From positions 1 to 52,068 of the forward strand of contig JAZDLX010000074.1 of the NCBI GenBank assembly GCA_043801585.1: a stretch of 52,068 bases of DNA. Direction: 5' to 3'. Made by a program: the position numbers and the translations under genes. Below the pieces are notes generated by a model. That model was not told the DNA's origin and did no database searches. It saw only the letters and a program-made list of their open reading frames with translations. Each line of letters starts with the position of its first letter. Positions within the stretch are counted from its first letter, which is position 1. This DNA comes from a bacterium (GTDB lineage Bacteria; Electryoneota; Electryoneia; Electryoneales; Electryoneaceae). Shown piece by piece: positions 1 through 10,201 of the stretch.

Positions 1-494
1 AAAACGGTCGGCAATCCGCTGACCCCATACCGTTCCGTGGAGGTTGTCTTGTAGGGATCCATCAAGACCGGCAGACCTGTTGGCACTTCTTCGAGAAAAC
101 CGGCGATCTGTTCGGGTTTATCACCCACGGAGACGAGGAACACCGAAACGTTCTCGCCCCACGTTTTCGACACCTTCTCGAGCTCAGGAATCTCTTTCCT
201 GCATGGCTGGCACCAATTCGCAAAGAAACTGATGACGACGGGTCTGCGAGGAGGTGCGTTCCACGGTTTCCTTGGTTCGCCACAATAGTCGCGCAGAGCG
301 ACATACTCCCCCTGGCCTCCGTAGAGACGAAGCATGAAAGGCGACAGGGTATCCCCAACGGCAACGTTCAACCCCTTGTCATCGCCATTCTGTCCGGCGA
401 TTCCATTCCCGGTCAGCATCAGCGAACCGAAGAACAAACCGGCAATGAGAACGCCCTCACGAATCATCCTTCTGCTCACGTTTCCACTCAGCAT
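1..494 (-). CDS. TlpA/ResA-family thiol-disulfide oxidoreductase (3' end runs off window)
   Basis: Not in ORF track. Manual translation from ATG 494 gives MLSGNVSRRMIREGVLIAGLFFGSLML...VVISFFANWCQPCRKEIPEL...YGVSGLPTV: N-terminal hydrophobic stretch, WCxxC motif, GLP cis-Pro loop; GAGG upstream. Confidence 0.85.
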   Translation of the reverse strand, partial: MLSGNVSRRMIREGVLIAGLFFGSLMLTGNGIAGQNGDDKGLNVAVGDTLSPFMLRLYGGQGEYVALRDYCGEPRKPWNAPPRRPVVISFFANWCQPCRKEIPELEKVSKTWGENVSVFLVSVGDKPEQIAGFLEEVPTGLPVLMDPYKTTSTERYGVSGLPTV

Positions 495-513
495 CGTTTT
501 TCCTCGATCTTGA

Positions 514-2034
514 CTATTTCAGGACGCTTTTCAGATCGGCTCGAATATCGCCGACCATCTGTTTCGCGCAACCCTCAATCGCCTTGCGGTGCGCCTTGCG
601 GCTGTTGTTGCCTGCTCCCTTGATCTCGCTGACCGTGGAGGTTGCGACAACACGCCCCGTCGCGAGATCGATGACTCGCACTTCCGCACCAGCACGGGCA
701 AAAACCATTGAATACCCGGCATTGACCGAGTCCGAGACCACGGAATGGATTTGTCCAATGACCGCGTAATCGGCGGCCCCGCGGACAGCGTCCGCAAGAC
801 TGCCGTCATCCTGAGCGTCGATCGCTGCAACCACCCGGTTGCGAGTCGCCGACGGTTCCAGAGCCGCGACGTCGATCACCCGGAACTGATCTTCGACCAA
901 CGCTCCCGTGAGAACATTTTTCGTGTAGGGTGACGTCGCGGGACGTTCTCCCTCCGTTTCACGAATGTCCACGAAAATCCGGATCGAGCTGGCGACATCC
1001 ACCTTGAAATCGAAGGTGCAGGAGGTCCGCTCGAGTTGGCTGAAGAGCGCCGGAAGCTGGGTGCGGAACACCTGCAGTTCGCCGAGATCGACACCCACAC
1101 GAAGCAGCACCACTTCCTCGCCGGCTTCGTCGATCCCCAGCACCCGGACGTCGAACCGGCCCATGTCGTCGGTCGACGATGAGGCGCTGATCCGCCCGGT
1201 GGCGTTCAGCAGTCGTGCGCCCAGAGGCATCGAACGGACGGGAATCGTCGCTCCCGATGAAGTGCGGTAAGTGGCTTCGCCGACGAGAGGATTCGGCAAT
1301 CCGCTGACACGGTCCGCTTTCTGCCCCATTCCGGAAAGCTGTCGCAGGGTGATCCGTCCGAGGATCGCGGCGAGCTCGCTCTCGAGGCGGGCCTGGACCG
1401 CTTCATTGCGGCCGGATGAGTCAAGGTCGCCCTCAATTTTCTTCTTCAGATACGCCTGCGCCGGGAACAGCTCCTCAAGCGCCCTGATGTAATTCCCCAC
1501 TGCCGCGTAAACGAGGCCATCGCCGACAGCTTTCTTCGCGTAGCGGTGATAGTCCGCTGCCATCTGGACCGCCCGGCGCGCCTTCTCGCGGAACTGCCGG
1601 TCCACCTCGGAGCGTTCGATCACCGCATAGGAGTAATAAACCTTGTTTTTCTTGTCGTACCAGCGATCGCGAATAGTTACGCCTTCGAGTGTTTCCTGGG
1701 CGTACTGGGAACTGATCCGCTCGACGTTTTCCTGCATCGTGACGTCGCCGGACTCCGTCGTCTCTTCCTTGTAAAACGTTTTGAGCGTGCTGGTCACCTC
1801 GACGTGGATCTGGCTGGCGATCTGTGCAATGGCAGCGTTGTCCGCGCGGGCGCGGTCATCCGCTTCGTTGCCGGAAGCCTGGGCGGCGCCGACCCCCTGG
1901 AGCAGCCCCGGCTGATCCTGAAGCCTCGTCACCCAATCCGGTGCACCAAGCAGAGTTGCCGGCAGCATGATCAGCAGAGCCAGCGTAACGATGAACCCTT
2001 GTGTGTGCCCGCAACGTCCGTTTGTTTTGATCAC
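514..2034 (-). CDS. Exported LPP20-like domain protein with C-terminal CsgG/FlgT-like domain
   Basis: Start reassigned to GTG 2034 (GTGA overlap with upstream stop). Signal peptide, then APDWV...GVG.A...A...A.AQIA.QI.V.V pattern typical of LPP20; C-terminal AEVRVIDLATGRVV. Confidence 0.65.
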   Translation of the reverse strand: MIKTNGRCGHTQGFIVTLALLIMLPATLLGAPDWVTRLQDQPGLLQGVGAAQASGNEADDRARADNAAIAQIASQIHVEVTSTLKTFYKEETTESGDVTMQENVERISSQYAQETLEGVTIRDRWYDKKNKVYYSYAVIERSEVDRQFREKARRAVQMAADYHRYAKKAVGDGLVYAAVGNYIRALEELFPAQAYLKKKIEGDLDSSGRNEAVQARLESELAAILGRITLRQLSGMGQKADRVSGLPNPLVGEATYRTSSGATIPVRSMPLGARLLNATGRISASSSTDDMGRFDVRVLGIDEAGEEVVLLRVGVDLGELQVFRTQLPALFSQLERTSCTFDFKVDVASSIRIFVDIRETEGERPATSPYTKNVLTGALVEDQFRVIDVAALEPSATRNRVVAAIDAQDDGSLADAVRGAADYAVIGQIHSVVSDSVNAGYSMVFARAGAEVRVIDLATGRVVATSTVSEIKGAGNNSRKAHRKAIEGCAKQMVGDIRADLKSVLK

Positions 2035-3263
2035 CCGCGCATCTCCATGTTGAATCGTTCGACGTTCCGTTTCCCCTTCTTGATCTTCCTGCTGTAATGC
2101 TTGAGCTGCTCTTCCAGCCGTGAGATTCTCTGTTCCAGTTCCTGCCGCGATCCATACCAGGAAAGGGAGAGCTGGCCACGGCCTGTCAGGCGGCCTCCCT
2201 CCTGCTCGTACAAGCGCTTGATCACCCTGAGGACACCGGAGGGATCGTACCCGGCGCGGGCTGTGATCACAACCGCGAGGGAATCCGCCTGAAATTCCTG
2301 GTTTCGGTTGTAACGCCGCCGCGCACTCGCCTGCACCTGTTTTGCCCACGCTTCGAGATCGGATGTGTCGGTGGACCCGGATGTCTCCTGTTCGAGCTCC
2401 TCGAACACACTCTCCGCACCGCTGCGCCACCCCTCCTTCTGAAGCGAGCGCTCCGCGTGATGCAGAACGGCGTGCGACATTTCATGAGCGAGCAACCCGG
2501 CCATCTCCGATTCATCCCGAGCCATCGCCAGCAGTTCGCCGCCGACAACCACCCATCCACCGGGCAGTGCCTGGGCGTTTGCCCCCTGCCGGGAAACAAT
2601 AACGACCGGTGCGATGGCATCCGCGCCGGCGCGTTCCGCCAGCCACAGGTTGACCTGATTGAGATAGCCCTCGAACCGTTTGTCACGTCCGCCCCATTCA
2701 CGCGCAATGTTGTCCGCAATCAACGGGGAGGCAGCCATAATCTCGGGCAGCAGGCTGAGCCCAACGTTGGAAGCGGAGAAGGGAGCTGGTTCATCCTCGA
2801 CATCGAAGCCCTTGCGAAATGTCTTCGTCGTGTTGGGATCGACCTGAGGATAGAGCGCCATGGTCGCCAGCGCATCTCCCTCCGGTCCCGCCTTCATACC
2901 CTTGATCATGGCGGAGACGGCTGCGTTCTTGACCGCACCCGAAAGTTCGCTTCTCTTCGAAATCTCCGCGATGGGTGTGACCGTCCCCTCCGCCTCGGCG
3001 TTGAAGATGTTTGTGGACACCCATCCTTCGCCCGCGGGGCTCTTTACTTTCTGCCATCCCATTTCAGGTTCACCGGAGGGGTTCACGGCAACACCCGACT
3101 GCAGCACGGCAAGCACGGGATAGAAGTTGCCCGGTCCTTCACGAAGGAGGACGCCGCCACGTTTCAATGACACAGGCGCCGCCATCGCCGTTGCCGCCAG
3201 CAGCAGCAAAGCCAGTGTCCAGAATTTCGCTGTGGTTTTACTTTGTCTTGAAGCTGACGACAT
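2031..3263 (-). CDS. SH3b-domain + M48-family zinc metallopeptidase, exported
   Basis: Signal peptide; LREGPG..YPVL...W.KV....GEGWV (bacterial SH3); NAQALPGG, LAHEMSH (HExxH), QEFQAD, AGYDP. Start 3263 preferred over 3308. Confidence 0.85.
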   Translation of the reverse strand: MSSASRQSKTTAKFWTLALLLLAATAMAAPVSLKRGGVLLREGPGNFYPVLAVLQSGVAVNPSGEPEMGWQKVKSPAGEGWVSTNIFNAEAEGTVTPIAEISKRSELSGAVKNAAVSAMIKGMKAGPEGDALATMALYPQVDPNTTKTFRKGFDVEDEPAPFSASNVGLSLLPEIMAASPLIADNIAREWGGRDKRFEGYLNQVNLWLAERAGADAIAPVVIVSRQGANAQALPGGWVVVGGELLAMARDESEMAGLLAHEMSHAVLHHAERSLQKEGWRSGAESVFEELEQETSGSTDTSDLEAWAKQVQASARRRYNRNQEFQADSLAVVITARAGYDPSGVLRVIKRLYEQEGGRLTGRGQLSLSWYGSRQELEQRISRLEEQLKHYSRKIKKGKRNVERFNMEMRG

Positions 3264-5319
3264 CGTCTTCGCCTCCGTGGCTATGTACGAACGGTTCCAA
3301 CCTGTCAAGCATGAGTTTCAACGCCTGATCGTCGGAACGATCCTTCAGCAGATCCTGGAACCGGCGCTGCGCGTCATTCCGCTGTCCCTCCTGCCACTCA
3401 CTCCAGGCCTCGTTCCATTCTTTCATCCAACCGTCGCCCTGGGCGGTGGTGGCCGGGAGGAGTTCAAAGATTTCCAGCGGTGTTGTCAATCCCTTCAGGG
3501 TGACTCGTCCAATACGACGCCGGGAGATACGATCCGGAAGCCGGCGCTCGAAGGAAGAACTGATCAACGCACCAGTGCCCAGCATCCGGTTCGCACCCTC
3601 AAGGCGGCTGGCAATGTTCACTCCGGAACCGATGGCGGTGTAGTCCATCCGGTTATGATGTCCGATGTTTCCAACAATCACGCTGTCAAGGTGCAGCCCG
3701 AATCTCATTTCGAGGGTCGGCAATCCCTGCTGGCTGCGTTCCTCGTTCATTTCCCGCATCCTGGACATCACACTAATCACCGCCTCGGCAGCCCGTTCAC
3801 ACGCAGTGTCATCCGCCTTCGGCGCGCCAAAAAGAACCATGATTGCATCGCCGATGAACTTGTCAAGGAAACCGTGATGGCGAAGGATGATCTCGACGAT
3901 GTTCTCATAATAGGTGTTCAGCATCGAGACCACCTGCTTCGGGGTAAGTGATTCACTGGCCGATGTGAACCCGACGAGATCTGCGAACATGATCACCACT
4001 TCCGCCTCGTGGCCGGTGAGATCCACCTCTTCCCCAGAATGGAGAAGTTCATCGATCACGCCATCGTGGAGATAGCGTCCGAATAACTGACGTAGTCTTC
4101 GCCGTTGCTGCCCCTCCAGACGCCATTCCGAAAACCAAAGGGCTCCGACCCCCCCGAAGGAGGCAATCATCGAGGGCACAACCGGAATCAGCCAGGATTC
4201 GAAGTAGGCATAGACCGCAAGTCCGGCGGTAAGCAGAAGGATGATCGGCAGCAGGGCGAGCTGCGTCCAGGCTTTTTTGGCAAGGCGCATCCCGACCAGG
4301 GAAAGAATTCCGAGTAGCAGCAAATAGAAAAAACCTCCGAGTCGGGAAATGGGTTTCAGTTCATCACCCTGGAGGATGTTGGAGAGCACTGTCGCATGAA
4401 TCTCGAAGCCTGGATAGGGGTGCTGTGGAGCCGCAACGGGGGTCGGTTTGTAGTCGAGCAGACCGGAGGCGAAACCGCCCACCACCAGGAGCTTTCCGCG
4501 AAGCTTCTCGGCGGAAATGCGTCCGGTGATGATCGCCGCAGCCGAAATGTAGGGAAAGACTCCGTGGTTGCCGCCGGGTCCGTAGTACCGCAGCCAGAAC
4601 CGTCCCTGATCGTCAAGATCCGGCGTCGGGCAGGAATCACCATAAACGAGGTGGAGCAGCTTCAGCGTGAGGCTGGGAAGTTGAGCGCCTTCAGTGTTGA
4701 AAACCAGCGGCACCCAGCGGATCACCCCGTCCGTTTCCGGGGTGACATTGGTCAGCCCCATCTCCGCATGGCGGAAACGAGCGTTTGGCAATCGCAAGCC
4801 GTCCATCTCTATGGCAAAAGGACGCAATTTATCCGAAGTCCAGCGCAACCCGACCGGCAGTGAATCAAGGGGAAGACCACCCGAAACCGTCTGTGCAGCG
4901 ATCACAACTGGAAAGGTCGTGCCCAACCAGCGGGCGAACGCCGCATCGGTTGAAGCACCGTCGCTGTTCAAACGATCGATCCCCGCGTCATCGAACAGGA
5001 CATCGAAGAGGACCCCTTTCGCACCGTTCTTCTGAGCGAGATACACCAAGTGTCCCCAGAGATCCCGGGGCCAGGGCCACAGAACCTGGTTTTCAGCGAA
5101 GAAATCAAGACCGGCCTGATCCACGGCGACGAGGAGAATCGAGCTGTCCGGCTGCTCAGTCGTCGCGAGCTCCCGGCTGAGAAGATCCCATGCGCCGCGA
5201 TCCCAACGATTCGCAACCCCAATCAGATAAAGCACGGCGATGAGGAGTACGACGACACCGCCGGATGCCCAGGGCACCAGACGAAGTATTGCCTCCCGAC
5301 GATTCCTGCCGGAGGTCAA
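3238..5319 (-). CDS. CHASE2-domain class III adenylate cyclase
   Basis: N-terminal TM, WPWPR, DGVIR, PGFEIHA (CHASE2), three TMs, then MFADLVGFT, DKFIGDAIM, YTAIGSGVNIASRLEG. Confidence 0.92.
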   Translation of the reverse strand: MTSGRNRREAILRLVPWASGGVVVLLIAVLYLIGVANRWDRGAWDLLSRELATTEQPDSSILLVAVDQAGLDFFAENQVLWPWPRDLWGHLVYLAQKNGAKGVLFDVLFDDAGIDRLNSDGASTDAAFARWLGTTFPVVIAAQTVSGGLPLDSLPVGLRWTSDKLRPFAIEMDGLRLPNARFRHAEMGLTNVTPETDGVIRWVPLVFNTEGAQLPSLTLKLLHLVYGDSCPTPDLDDQGRFWLRYYGPGGNHGVFPYISAAAIITGRISAEKLRGKLLVVGGFASGLLDYKPTPVAAPQHPYPGFEIHATVLSNILQGDELKPISRLGGFFYLLLLGILSLVGMRLAKKAWTQLALLPIILLLTAGLAVYAYFESWLIPVVPSMIASFGGVGALWFSEWRLEGQQRRRLRQLFGRYLHDGVIDELLHSGEEVDLTGHEAEVVIMFADLVGFTSASESLTPKQVVSMLNTYYENIVEIILRHHGFLDKFIGDAIMVLFGAPKADDTACERAAEAVISVMSRMREMNEERSQQGLPTLEMRFGLHLDSVIVGNIGHHNRMDYTAIGSGVNIASRLEGANRMLGTGALISSSFERRLPDRISRRRIGRVTLKGLTTPLEIFELLPATTAQGDGWMKEWNEAWSEWQEGQRNDAQRRFQDLLKDRSDDQALKLMLDRLEPFVHSHGGEDDVVSFKTK

Positions 5320-5387
5320 TTTTGACCTCTGTTCTTCAACCGGATCAAGGTTTACTGTCCCTCCATCTCCATCGGTTTTTCCGCAGG

Positions 5388-6008
5388 TTATTCTTCAGTT
5401 GGCTGTTTTTCCTCCATTGGGAGCTGCTCTTCCATTGCAGGTTCTTCAACTGGGACGGATTGCTCCAATTCCTGAAAAACCTGCGTCGAGCGCATCCGTG
5501 TCAGCAGCGCTTCCTGCTGTTTGATCTTGTTCAGGAGCTGCTGGTTAGCGGAGTTGAGATCAAGCTTCAGAAGCGCATAGCAACGGAACACCCCGCTTTC
5601 ATTGACCATTTCGAGGTCTTCCTGGGTGACGCCGTTGAGGGTGACATCCACGACCTCTTTCGTCGCCTGGGTGAATTGATCGAGGTACTGCGCTTCGGTA
5701 TCCGTTCCAACCTCTTCCTGGAAACGCTTGGTCAGCGCCGTCATGTGGGTTTCAAGTCCCCGTGCCAATTCCAACCGGGCGGTGTGGGAAGCCTTGTCCT
5801 TGGCCATCTGCATGTCGCGTGAAGTCGCCGTGCCGGGTGCGAACAGGTAACCCTTTTTGGTGGGTGGCGAAAGGAACCATTTAGGCGCCTCTTTGATCAT
5901 CTTGTTGCTCGCCACAGGGGTAATTTTCTTCGGCTGCTCGGTTGAGGCGCATCCTGCGAGCAGCAGGATGAACGACAGCATCAACAACACACCAATGAAA
6001 CGCTTCAT
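5388..6008 (-). CDS. LPP20-family lipoprotein
   Basis: Lipobox LLAGC; PKWF...G.ATS.D.QMA..KA...AR.ELA pattern; GAGAGG RBS. Confidence 0.75.
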   Translation of the reverse strand: MKRFIGVLLMLSFILLLAGCASTEQPKKITPVASNKMIKEAPKWFLSPPTKKGYLFAPGTATSRDMQMAKDKASHTARLELARGLETHMTALTKRFQEEVGTDTEAQYLDQFTQATKEVVDVTLNGVTQEDLEMVNESGVFRCYALLKLDLNSANQQLLNKIKQQEALLTRMRSTQVFQELEQSVPVEEPAMEEQLPMEEKQPTEE

Positions 6009-6047
6009 AGGACCTCTCCCGTTCTACGTTTCGGGATGAAAGACGGA

Positions 6048-7253
6048 TCATTCCATCCTGTTTCCGTTGTTCCGTTTTTTCTCTCTGATAAGACGAAATC
6101 CGACGTCGCTGTCTGTCCCGCGTTCTGACGGTATTTCCACGGGAATGGCGATCATCGTCGTCGAATCCATCAGCGTGGACCCACCGCAAAGGCGCCACTC
6201 CCCGGCCTGCTCATCGAGGCACCACTCCGCGACGTTGCCCAGCAGATCGTGCAGCCCAGATGCAGTCGATTGCTTGACGGCAACACGCTGCAGTTTCTCG
6301 CAGGAGTTGCCAAGGTGCCAGGCATAATCCGACAGAAGCGCACCGGACGGCGGCCATCCCTCACCCAGGGCGCGCCTCCACTCGCTTACTGTCGGCAAAC
6401 GATAATGCCACGAGTCGTTCCGCTGGTTGAGCTTATCCAACCACTCGCTGATCTCTTTCACATCCACTGCGGATTGAGGATGACGGTCATCCAGGACACC
6501 GCCGTTCCCGAGAATCCTTTCCCACTCCTCGCGAGTGACTTCATGCGACTGCATCTCAACCGGGGAGTCAGCGGTTGAATCACCCGGCAGCAGAACAAAT
6601 CCCCCAAGGATCGGATCGTACGTGGACATTTCCACAAGATCCTGCTGAATACGGTTGTAGAGTATCTCTGCCGGCAACAAATTCGGGTGGTCCGGGTATT
6701 GTTTTTGTAGACGGTTCACCCAAAGTTTGGCCTCGATCGAATCCTTCGCCAATCGGACCAGGAGATAGCATGCGTCCGCCGCCAGATCCCGATCCCGACT
6801 TTTTATCTCCACTTTTTCGAGTAACAGGCGTGCCCGTTCAAGGTTTTTGCTTTGATCGAAAAGTGCGCGAGCCTTTGCATACATCTCGTTTTCTTTTGGT
6901 TTCGCATCCGTTCCAACGGAACGCCCCATGGCTTTCAGGACCATGGAATAGGAGTCCGTTCAGGTGAATCCGAGATCGATATATTCCGGCTCGGTAAGCA
7001 GGCGAGATTCGAGCCTTTTACTGACCCATTCCGTTCGCTGCGGACCCTCAAGAACAGCGAGAGGTTCAAGAAGGACACCGAGTTTCTGAAGTGCTGTGAT
7101 TTGTGATGCAACGAGGGCGTCCGCACGTGCAGAATCAGGATGCGCTCTGCCGGCGTAAGAGGTTCCTTCGACGATTAACCTCACATCATCGGCATAGACA
7201 TTCAGTGCGGAGAACGCAAACAGTGCTAAAAACGACAATACACGAAACGCCAT
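6048..7253 (-). pseudogene. Exported protein with C-terminal FGE/SUMF1 domain, interrupted by one in-frame TGA at 6960-6962 (or two ORFs, 6960-7253 and 6048-6944)
   Basis: Both ORFs share a frame: ...GGA TTC ACC TGA ACG GAC TCC TAT TCC ATG. Upstream part has a signal peptide; downstream part has EVT, YRLPT.SEW, GLHDLLGNVAEWC, VGFRL. Confidence 0.6.
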
Positions 7254-7768
7254 CCCGTCCTCAAATCTGTCCCTTTTCGGAACACCCTCGAGGCGGAGGA
7301 AATATCTCTACGACAGGTATGAAACCATACAGGAAGATCGTCAACCCGGGAGAGTTGTTTCCCCGGCACCCCCTAACGTTACCAGGAGCTATCGTCAGGA
7401 AGAACTTAAACCTAATTCCCAATTAGAACGTTCAACAAGAGGGAAAAGAAGTGATGCAGCGCACCTTTTACAAAATAGTGGTTGTAAGGAGAGCCAATGT
7501 TTTCCAAGTGTGTGATGTGGAAAATATCGTTTGAGATGGGATCTCCGGATTCTCCCCGACAAAGAATGACAAATCGGGGATGAAATCTCACTTGCTTCGT
7601 TATCCTTAACTTCTTGATATTCCGAGTATAATCTGGATTCTAATCTACCCCTACGCCTTCTCGAGCCATGGACCACTTCCCACCGGATCGAGCATTCGGT
7701 CGTAATCACCAAAGAAAAACCCGTCTCCAAATTGGGAGACGGGTGGTGATTCGGAAGGGAACGCGGAT

Positions 7769-9079
7769 TTATTTCCCAATGTTTCGTCCGATCCCATAGT
7801 ACGTAAGTTCGGCTTTCTCGACGTACTTGACATTCCAGATGTTTCTGCCGTCGAAGACAACCTTGTCCTTCAAGACCGAGGCAAGCCGATCGAATTCCGG
7901 GGTACGATAATCCTGCCACTCGGTCACCAGCACGAGAGCGTCCGCACCGTTGCAGGCTTCGTACTCGGTTGCACAGAAGGTGATGCGGCTGCCAAAGACC
8001 TCTTTCGCAACTTTCATCGCTTCGGGATCGTGAGCGCGAACCTTTGCCCCGGCCTCCAGAAGTGCATTAATCAGAACGATCGAAGGCGCCTCGCGCATAT
8101 CATCCGTACGCGGTTTAAACGCCAAACCCCACAGGGCGATCGTTCTCCCCGTCAAGTTTCCGTTATAGTGCCGGGATATTTTTTTGAACAGAACGTACTT
8201 CTGCTCGTCGTTGACGTTTTCCGTGGAGGAGATGATCTTCAAATCACTTTCAAACTCATGTGCGGTACGCAGAATCGCCTTGACGTCCTTTGGAAAGCAG
8301 GAACCGCCATACCCTGCGCCTGCAAAGAGGAAGTGCCTGCCGATCCGCTCGTCCGTACTGATTCCCATGCGTACCGACTCGATGTCCGCACCCACCTTTT
8401 CGCAGAGGCGGGAGAGCTCGTTCATGAAGCTGATTTTTGTCGCCAGAAAAGCGTTGGCGGCGTACTTTGTCAGCTCGGCCGAAACAATGTCCATATAGAT
8501 GACGGGAGCGCCCGTACGCACAAAGGGGCGATACAACCGGTCCACCATTTCCTTCGCACGTTCATCATCCGTTCCCAATACCACTCGGTTCGGTTTCAGA
8601 AAATCGTTGACCGCATCGCCTTCCTTGAGAAATTCCGGATTGCTGACTACGGCAACCTCATGGACTGTATGTTTTTGGATTTCCGCCTTCACTTTTGCCG
8701 CTGTTCCCACGGGCACCGTGGATTTGTCGACAACGACCTTAAAACCGTTCATCGCCTTGCCGATACCCTTCGCAACTTCAATCACGTGCTGCAAGTCCGC
8801 GCTGCCATCCTCGTTGGGAGGTGTACCGACGGCGATGAAAATGATCTCACTTTCTTTCACTGCTTTCGAGAGATCGGTGGTAAAAAAAAGGCGCTCTTTT
8901 TTAACGCCATCTTCGACGATTTCCTCCAAGCCGGGTTCGTAGATGGGGAGTTCACCTTTACTCAACCTCTTGATCTTGCTTTCATCAATGTCAACACAGG
9001 TGACCTGGTTGCCCGTCGTCGCCAGGCATGCACCCGCGACGAGACCGACATACCCTGTTCCAATAACAGCGACACGCAT
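7769..9079 (-). CDS. ugd: UDP-glucose 6-dehydrogenase
   Basis: IGTGYVG, AVGTP, SNPEFLKEG, GYGGSCFPKD, GLAFKP.TDDMRE. Confidence 0.95.
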   Translation of the reverse strand: MRVAVIGTGYVGLVAGACLATTGNQVTCVDIDESKIKRLSKGELPIYEPGLEEIVEDGVKKERLFFTTDLSKAVKESEIIFIAVGTPPNEDGSADLQHVIEVAKGIGKAMNGFKVVVDKSTVPVGTAAKVKAEIQKHTVHEVAVVSNPEFLKEGDAVNDFLKPNRVVLGTDDERAKEMVDRLYRPFVRTGAPVIYMDIVSAELTKYAANAFLATKISFMNELSRLCEKVGADIESVRMGISTDERIGRHFLFAGAGYGGSCFPKDVKAILRTAHEFESDLKIISSTENVNDEQKYVLFKKISRHYNGNLTGRTIALWGLAFKPRTDDMREAPSIVLINALLEAGAKVRAHDPEAMKVAKEVFGSRITFCATEYEACNGADALVLVTEWQDYRTPEFDRLASVLKDKVVFDGRNIWNVKYVEKAELTYYGIGRNIGK

Positions 9080-9144
9080 GATCTTCTCCGTGCAGGTTTC
9101 GTGACATGAAGCACAAAATATAGTTTCTGACCGTCAGGATGGCG

Positions 9145-10197
9145 TCAGGTATGGACTTCCGAGTCTCCCGAGGTCCAGCGCAAATCCCTGTCGATCCGTT
9201 TCTCTTCCATCAGGTACCGCAGTTGTTTCAGGCGGGTGAACAACCGTCCCCGGAACATCTCGTCCGTCAGCACATTCTCCTGGAAAGCGTCCAGGAGCTG
9301 AGCGACCCCTCTCCTGACCGTCCACCGTGGCCGGAAATTCGGAAGCACGCTGCGGATTTTCGCAAAGGAAACGTTATAGGTGCGCGAGTCGGCGGCGGCG
9401 CCTTCAGCAAAGGTCACCTCGGTCCCCTCAAGCGATTCTGAAATAATCTCGGCAACCGTCCGTATCTGGTAGTTTTCCGTCTCGTCGCCCACATTCATCG
9501 CCTGGCCATGAACACGTTCGCGCGGAGCCTCAAGTGTCTCGCAGACCGCAAGACCCATGTCCTCGACGTGCACCATCGGCCGCCATGCACTCCCATCGGA
9601 GAGAAGCGTAACCTTGCCCGTGGCAAACCCCCAGCCCGTAAGGTTGTTGACCGCCATATCCAGGCGAAGTCGTGGACTCAACCCGTAAGCAGTAGCGTTG
9701 CGCAACGAGGTGGGGCTGAAGTCGTCGTCAGCCATTTCATTGAGGATCCGCTCGACGTCCACTTTCGAGCGAGCATAGGCTGTCAACGGATTCATCGGAG
9801 AGGATTCCGTCAGCGATGTCTCCGCGCTGGCGCCGTAGATGGAACAGGATGAAGCGAAGACAAACCGCCGGACATTCTGTTCTTTAGCAAGAGTCGCAAG
9901 CCGCTGTGTCGCTTCGGTGTTGATCCTGTGAGTCAGCAAGGGATCGAGCTCCCCGAGGGGGTCGTTGGAAAGAGCCGCCAGGTGAACGATAGCATCCACT
10001 CCATCGAGCAGACCGGCATTCAGCTCCCGAATGTCTCCGAAGTGCTGTGCGGCAAGGTGTTCTTCGACCGGGTGATAGAGCAGGCAATCTCGAAAATACC
10101 CGGTGTCGTATCCGAACACTTCATGTCCGCGCTCGGCCAGCATCGGCGTCAGTACCGATCCGACGTACCCAAGGTTGCCCGTAACAAGAACGCGCAT
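9145..10197 (-). CDS. NAD-dependent epimerase/dehydratase (extended SDR)
   Basis: MRVLVTGNLGYVG, HLAALSNDP, SSCSIYG, YARSK (YxxxK). Start ATG 10197. Confidence 0.88.
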   Translation of the reverse strand: MRVLVTGNLGYVGSVLTPMLAERGHEVFGYDTGYFRDCLLYHPVEEHLAAQHFGDIRELNAGLLDGVDAIVHLAALSNDPLGELDPLLTHRINTEATQRLATLAKEQNVRRFVFASSCSIYGASAETSLTESSPMNPLTAYARSKVDVERILNEMADDDFSPTSLRNATAYGLSPRLRLDMAVNNLTGWGFATGKVTLLSDGSAWRPMVHVEDMGLAVCETLEAPRERVHGQAMNVGDETENYQIRTVAEIISESLEGTEVTFAEGAAADSRTYNVSFAKIRSVLPNFRPRWTVRRGVAQLLDAFQENVLTDEMFRGRLFTRLKQLRYLMEEKRIDRDLRWTSGDSEVHT

Positions 10198-10201
10198 CCG
10201 A

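Noticed and set aside
2035..2430. N-terminal 132 aa of the 638-aa ORF
   Set aside because: Overlaps the M48 gene in another frame; the signal peptide begins after GTG 2034.
7395..7919. 174-aa ORF across the AT-rich gap after ugd
   Set aside because: Overlaps ugd, no RBS or motif; more likely promoter/intergenic DNA for the downstream operon.
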